12,350 bases of DNA from Archangium sp. (GTDB lineage Bacteria; Myxococcota; Myxococcia; Myxococcales; Myxococcaceae), in NCBI GenBank assembly GCA_031367385.1, contig JANLPS010000380.1:1-12350 (forward strand), read 5' to 3'. Position numbers and translations under genes: made by a program. Each line of letters starts with the position of its first letter. The stretch's first letter is position 1. The notes below the pieces were generated by a model that saw nothing but the letters and a program-made list of their open reading frames with translations, was not told the DNA's origin and did no database searches. This document shows positions 9,295 through 12,350 of the stretch, one piece after another.

Positions 9295-9813
9295 TCAGAG
9301 CTCCTCGAAGGCGAGCGAGCGATTCGTGTAGATGCAGACGTCGGCCGCGATGTTGAGCGCCTCTTCGGCGATGGCCTTCGCGGGCAACTGGGTGTGCTTG
9401 ATGAGGGCGCGAGCAGCGGCGAGGGCGTAGGCGCCACCCGAGCCCACCGCGGCGATGCCGAACTCGGGCTCGATCACGTCGCCAGCGCCAGAGAGAATGA
9501 AGGTGTTCTGCGTGTCGGCCACCACCAGCAGAGCCTCGAGCTTCTGGAGGTATCGGTCGGTTCGCCAGTCTTTGCCCAACTCGACGCAGGCGCGCGGCAG
9601 GTTTCGCTGAAATTCGTTGAGCTTCTTCTCGAAGCGCTCGAACAGGGTGAAGGCGTCGGCGGTGCCTCCAGCGAACCCGGCGATGACGCTGCCGTCACCG
9701 AGGCGCCGAACCTTCTTGGCGTTGCCCTTCATGACGGTCTTGTCGAGCGTCACCTGGCCATCGCCACCGATGACCGTCTTTCCATCGCGTCGAACGCAAA
9801 GAATCGTCGTCAT
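9295..9813 (-). CDS. hslV: ATP-dependent protease peptidase subunit HslV (ClpQ)
   Basis: N-terminal nucleophile [34 protein letters not shown] and ICIYTN-like VCIYTN. The gene ends 3 bp before the hslU start. Confidence 0.98.
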   Translation of the reverse strand: MTTILCVRRDGKTVIGGDGQVTLDKTVMKGNAKKVRRLGDGSVIAGFAGGTADAFTLFERFEKKLNEFQRNLPRACVELGKDWRTDRYLQKLEALLVVADTQNTFILSGAGDVIEPEFGIAAVGSGGAYALAAARALIKHTQLPAKAIAEEALNIAADVCIYTNRSLAFEEL

Positions 9814-9931
9814 TGCGCTGGCTTAACACCGCGCTGAGTCACCCGCTCCGGTTCGTGTTTCCACTCGGGTGGCATCGGCCTTCTGACACCGTGTCGATCG
9901 ACCTCCGAGCGATTGCAGGTCACCACGAGGT

Positions 9932-10606
9932 TCAGCGCCGCAGCAGTACGTACACCGCACCGCCACCGCCATCGCGAACATTCGCGGTGCAAAACGCCAG
10001 CACCTGTTTCGACGTCTTGCCCCGGGTCAGCCACGTCTGAATCGATTGCTTGAGCACGGGTATCGAGTCTTTCGAGTGCAACCCTCGCCCGGTGATCACG
10101 AGCACGCAGCGATGCCCGGCAATTCGCGATTTCTGAATGAAGGCCTCGAGTGCTGGCTTGGCCTCGTCTTTGGTGAACCCATGCAAATCGATGTTGGCCT
10201 GCGTCGAGAAGTCGCCCGCGCGTAGCTTGCGCATCACCCGAGCATCGAAGCCGGTCACCGACCCCTCGATGAAGTCATCGGAGTCGCTCAGATTGAACTC
10301 GCTCTCCTCCGAGACCAGCTCGGCCAAGCGCGCCAGAGACTCAGCCTCTTCGGTCGGTAATCGGAGCTGCTCAGCTGTACGTGGCAAGGTCGGGGCAACC
10401 CGCTCAATCTTCTGCTTCACCGGCGCAACCTCGCCAATTGACTCAAGAAACAGCGCGGCGTCTTCTTCATCACTGCTGCGTTTCTTCGAGACAGGCGCAA
10501 CCACCCGAGCCGGAGCCGGTTTGCCCTTGGGCTCCTCTTTCTTCAGGGCTTTGAGCTGACCGAAGGCATTGTTGAACGGTGGGGGCGCGTCGCTCTTCTT
10601 GCTCAT
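9932..10606 (-). CDS. Smr-domain endonuclease (SmrB/SmrA-like stand-alone Smr protein)
   Basis: C-terminal Smr domain KLRAGDF...IDLHG...VLVITGRGLHS...DGGGGAVYVLL. The N-terminal DEEDAALFLESIGEVAPVKQ resembles the N-terminal extension of proteobacterial SmrB. Confidence 0.9.
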   Translation of the reverse strand: MSKKSDAPPPFNNAFGQLKALKKEEPKGKPAPARVVAPVSKKRSSDEEDAALFLESIGEVAPVKQKIERVAPTLPRTAEQLRLPTEEAESLARLAELVSEESEFNLSDSDDFIEGSVTGFDARVMRKLRAGDFSTQANIDLHGFTKDEAKPALEAFIQKSRIAGHRCVLVITGRGLHSKDSIPVLKQSIQTWLTRGKTSKQVLAFCTANVRDGGGGAVYVLLRR

Positions 10607-10666
10607 GAGTGGGTATTTATAGGCATGCCCTGAACCTTTTGAGCGCCCAACACTTCTACCGGGCCC
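10607..10666. promoter_or_regulatory. Divergent promoter region between the Smr gene (-) and the lipoprotein gene (+)
   Basis: 60 bp spacer between back-to-back starts. It is locally AT-rich, with TATAAA on the - strand (10616-10621) 9 nt before the Smr ATG. Exact promoter elements are not established. Confidence 0.4.
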
Positions 10667-12007
10667 ATGAACCCTCGCCTCGCTGTGGCCGCGCTCGGTT
10701 GCTTCGCGTTGGTCGGTTGCCCCAATGTGGCTGCCCCTTCAGATGCGGGCCGGGCGGATTCTGGTCAGGCATCGAACCCTGACGGTGGCACCAGCGACGC
10801 AGGCAACACCATCGACGCAGGCAACACCATCGACGCAGGCAACACCATCGACGCAGGCAACACCATCGACGCGGGCGGGTTCGTCGACGCAGGAGTCGCC
10901 GACGCCGGCTCGATTCGCCTGATCATCAGCGGCCGCAAGCTGCTCGGCCCGAACGGCCAGCCCGTTCTCCTGCACGGTGGCAACTTAAAGAACATGTCGG
11001 CCGCTGAAGCCGATGACTTCGCCGACACCCTGAGCCTCAACTTCGTGCGCCTGCGCATCTCGTGGGACCTCGCTGCTGACGGTGGACCCGACCAGCGCGA
11101 CGACAACGACCCCACCGAGTTCTCTGCGGCCTTTCGCGCCGAGCTCGACAGCTGGGTCAATCTGCTCAAAGCGAAGCACGTGTGGATGTTGCTCGAGATG
11201 CGTGCCGATGACACGACGACCGCCGACGACCCGAGCTTCTACGACGTGAGCTCGCCGCTCTTCGCGAAATACAAGAAAGCCTGGGAGTACCTCGGCTCGC
11301 ACTACAAAGACGTCGACTACATCGCGGGGTACGGCCTGTTGGCTGAGCCCAGCAAGAACAAGTTTCTGACCGAGCCCGCGCCGACGCTGATCATTTTTCA
11401 GAAGCAGCTGATGAAGGCGATCACCGAAGCAGGCGACGCCCGTACTCCGTTCTTCGTGGGCCCCGACTTCAACTACGACACGATGGAGTACCTCAAAGAC
11501 AGCTACTACACCGACCTCGCGCCCTATCAGCCGCGCCTCGTCTACGAGGTCAACCTGCTGATGCCCAAACCGTGGATCAGCGAAGGCAAGAACCCCGATG
11601 GAGGCTCAGACACCTACCCGGTCTTGCCCGCGGCGACCGATTTCAGCGCGCTGATTCAGCCGACCAAAGCGGGCGAGGTCATCGAGGTGACCTTCAACAA
11701 GCGGCGCGTCGAGCCCGCCAACTTCCCCAAGCTGCTGAGCAAGAACTTCATGATCTGGTACCTCAGCTACGCGCACGACTTCGCCGAGAAGTACCAGGTG
11801 CCGATGATCGTCGACCAATTCGGAGCCACCACCTTGGCCCCAGGCCAACTCGCGTACGAGCAAGACGCCATCGACGTCGCTGAGGCGTACGGGTTCGGCT
11901 GGAGCCGCTGGGGGTACAACGCTGGCAGCTCCGACCGCGTCATTCCTGGCAACCCGGCGGTTCACGCCTTCTACCAGGCCATCGGCGCCGCTCGAGCCGG
12001 CCCCTAA
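10667..12007 (+). CDS. Predicted lipoprotein with a GH5 (cellulase-family) TIM-barrel-like domain and atypical catalytic residues
   Basis: Signal peptide with lipobox LVG-C18, then a DAG-repeat linker. GH5-like elements follow: GRKLLGPNGQPVLLHGGN, NFVRLRISW, IAGYGLLAEP, RLVYEV, VPMIVDQFG and GWSRWGY. Confidence 0.75.
   Translation: MNPRLAVAALGCFALVGCPNVAAPSDAGRADSGQASNPDGGTSDAGNTIDAGNTIDAGNTIDAGNTIDAGGFVDAGVADAGSIRLIISGRKLLGPNGQPVLLHGGNLKNMSAAEADDFADTLSLNFVRLRISWDLAADGGPDQRDDNDPTEFSAAFRAELDSWVNLLKAKHVWMLLEMRADDTTTADDPSFYDVSSPLFAKYKKAWEYLGSHYKDVDYIAGYGLLAEPSKNKFLTEPAPTLIIFQKQLMKAITEAGDARTPFFVGPDFNYDTMEYLKDSYYTDLAPYQPRLVYEVNLLMPKPWISEGKNPDGGSDTYPVLPAATDFSALIQPTKAGEVIEVTFNKRRVEPANFPKLLSKNFMIWYLSYAHDFAEKYQVPMIVDQFGATTLAPGQLAYEQDAIDVAEAYGFGWSRWGYNAGSSDRVIPGNPAVHAFYQAIGAARAGP
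10795..10872 (+). repeat. Perfect 18-bp tandem repeat (CGACGCAGGCAACACCAT) x4 plus 6 bp, encoding DAGNTI x4
   Basis: Directly visible. Identical units start at 10795, 10813, 10831 and 10849, with a partial unit at 10867. The repeat is in frame within the lipoprotein linker. Confidence 0.97.
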
Positions 12008-12350
12008 GCGTGCGGGTGTGTCTTGTCGTACACCGCCTGCAGCTGCTCGAACGACACCGCCGTGTACCGCTGCGTGGTCGAGAGGCTGGCGTGGCCGAGC
12101 AGCTCCTGAATGCTGCGAATGTCGGCCCCCCCGGCGAGCAGGTGGGTCGCGAACGAATGCCGCAGCGCATGCGGAGACATCTTTCGATTCAGCCCGAGCT
12201 GCTTCACGTAGGTATCGAGGTGGCGCTGAACGCTCCGCGTGGTCAGCCGCCCCCCCCGAAAATTGAGAAACATCGCCTTCGGGTCTTGGCGCTTGAAGTC
12301 AACCGCCAGCAGCTCGCCCCGCCGTTCGAACCAGGCGTCGAGCGCGGCGA
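12004..12350 (-). CDS. xerC: Tyrosine recombinase XerC, C-terminal part; 5'-partial
   Basis: The frame is open to the window edge (AALDAWFERRGELL...). It carries FLNFRGGRLTTRSV, SPHALRHSFATHLL (HxxR), IQELLGHASLSTTQRYT (His and catalytic Tyr), and sits upstream of hslVU as is common for xerC. Confidence 0.9.
   Translation of the reverse strand, partial: AALDAWFERRGELLAVDFKRQDPKAMFLNFRGGRLTTRSVQRHLDTYVKQLGLNRKMSPHALRHSFATHLLAGGADIRSIQELLGHASLSTTQRYTAVSFEQLQAVYDKTHPHA

Noticed and set aside
9814..9931. CIRCE operator or terminator upstream of hslV
   Set aside because: No TTAGCACTC-N9-GAGTGCTAA. Only weak hairpins (GTCACCCG/CGGGTGGC, GACCT/AGGTC) without U-tracts.
10795..10872. Tandem repeats considered as a CRISPR array
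   Set aside because: The units are contiguous 18-mers without spacers, lie in frame in a CDS, and no cas genes are present.
12250..12257. C8 homopolymer in xerC (and T8 at 3866-3873) as phase-variation tracts
   Set aside because: The runs are short. The xerC run encodes the in-frame RGGR motif, and the T8 run lies at and after the dnaK stop, so there is no evidence of frameshifting.
12004..12350. Tyrosine recombinase considered as a phage or integron integrase marking a mobile element
   Set aside because: Sequence and position near hslVU fit chromosomal XerC. No att sites, attC cassettes or phage genes were seen.

Overview
This is a GC-rich bacterial window, probably myxobacterial (Myxococcales). 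That assignment is inferred from the divergent DnaK paralog, the TPR/Pro-rich proteins, the DAG-repeat lipoprotein and the xerC-hslVU-argD gene order. Left end, + strand: a translationally coupled lipid-metabolism cluster (partial extended-SDR/acyl-CoA-reductase-like gene plus two MaoC/hotdog dehydratase subunits), then a small TPR protein. Centre, - strand: a long probable operon encoding an Smr-domain nuclease, HslV, HslU, ArgD, a J-domain/TPR co-chaperone, an atypical DnaK paralog and a TPR/Pro-rich/wHTH-like protein. Right end: a + strand lipoprotein with a GH5-like fold whose catalytic residues appear substituted, and the 3' part of xerC (- strand). The most interesting signals are (1) a candidate dedicated Hsp70 module (J-TPR + DnaK + TPR adaptor) facing a paralog of the adaptor tail-to-tail, (2) the GH5-like pseudoenzyme candidate, (3) an SmrB-like nuclease upstream of hslVU, and (4) two structured intergenic segments flanking the small TPR gene. 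No rRNA, tRNA, CRISPR array or transposase was seen. All calls come from reading motifs by eye; no database searches were run.
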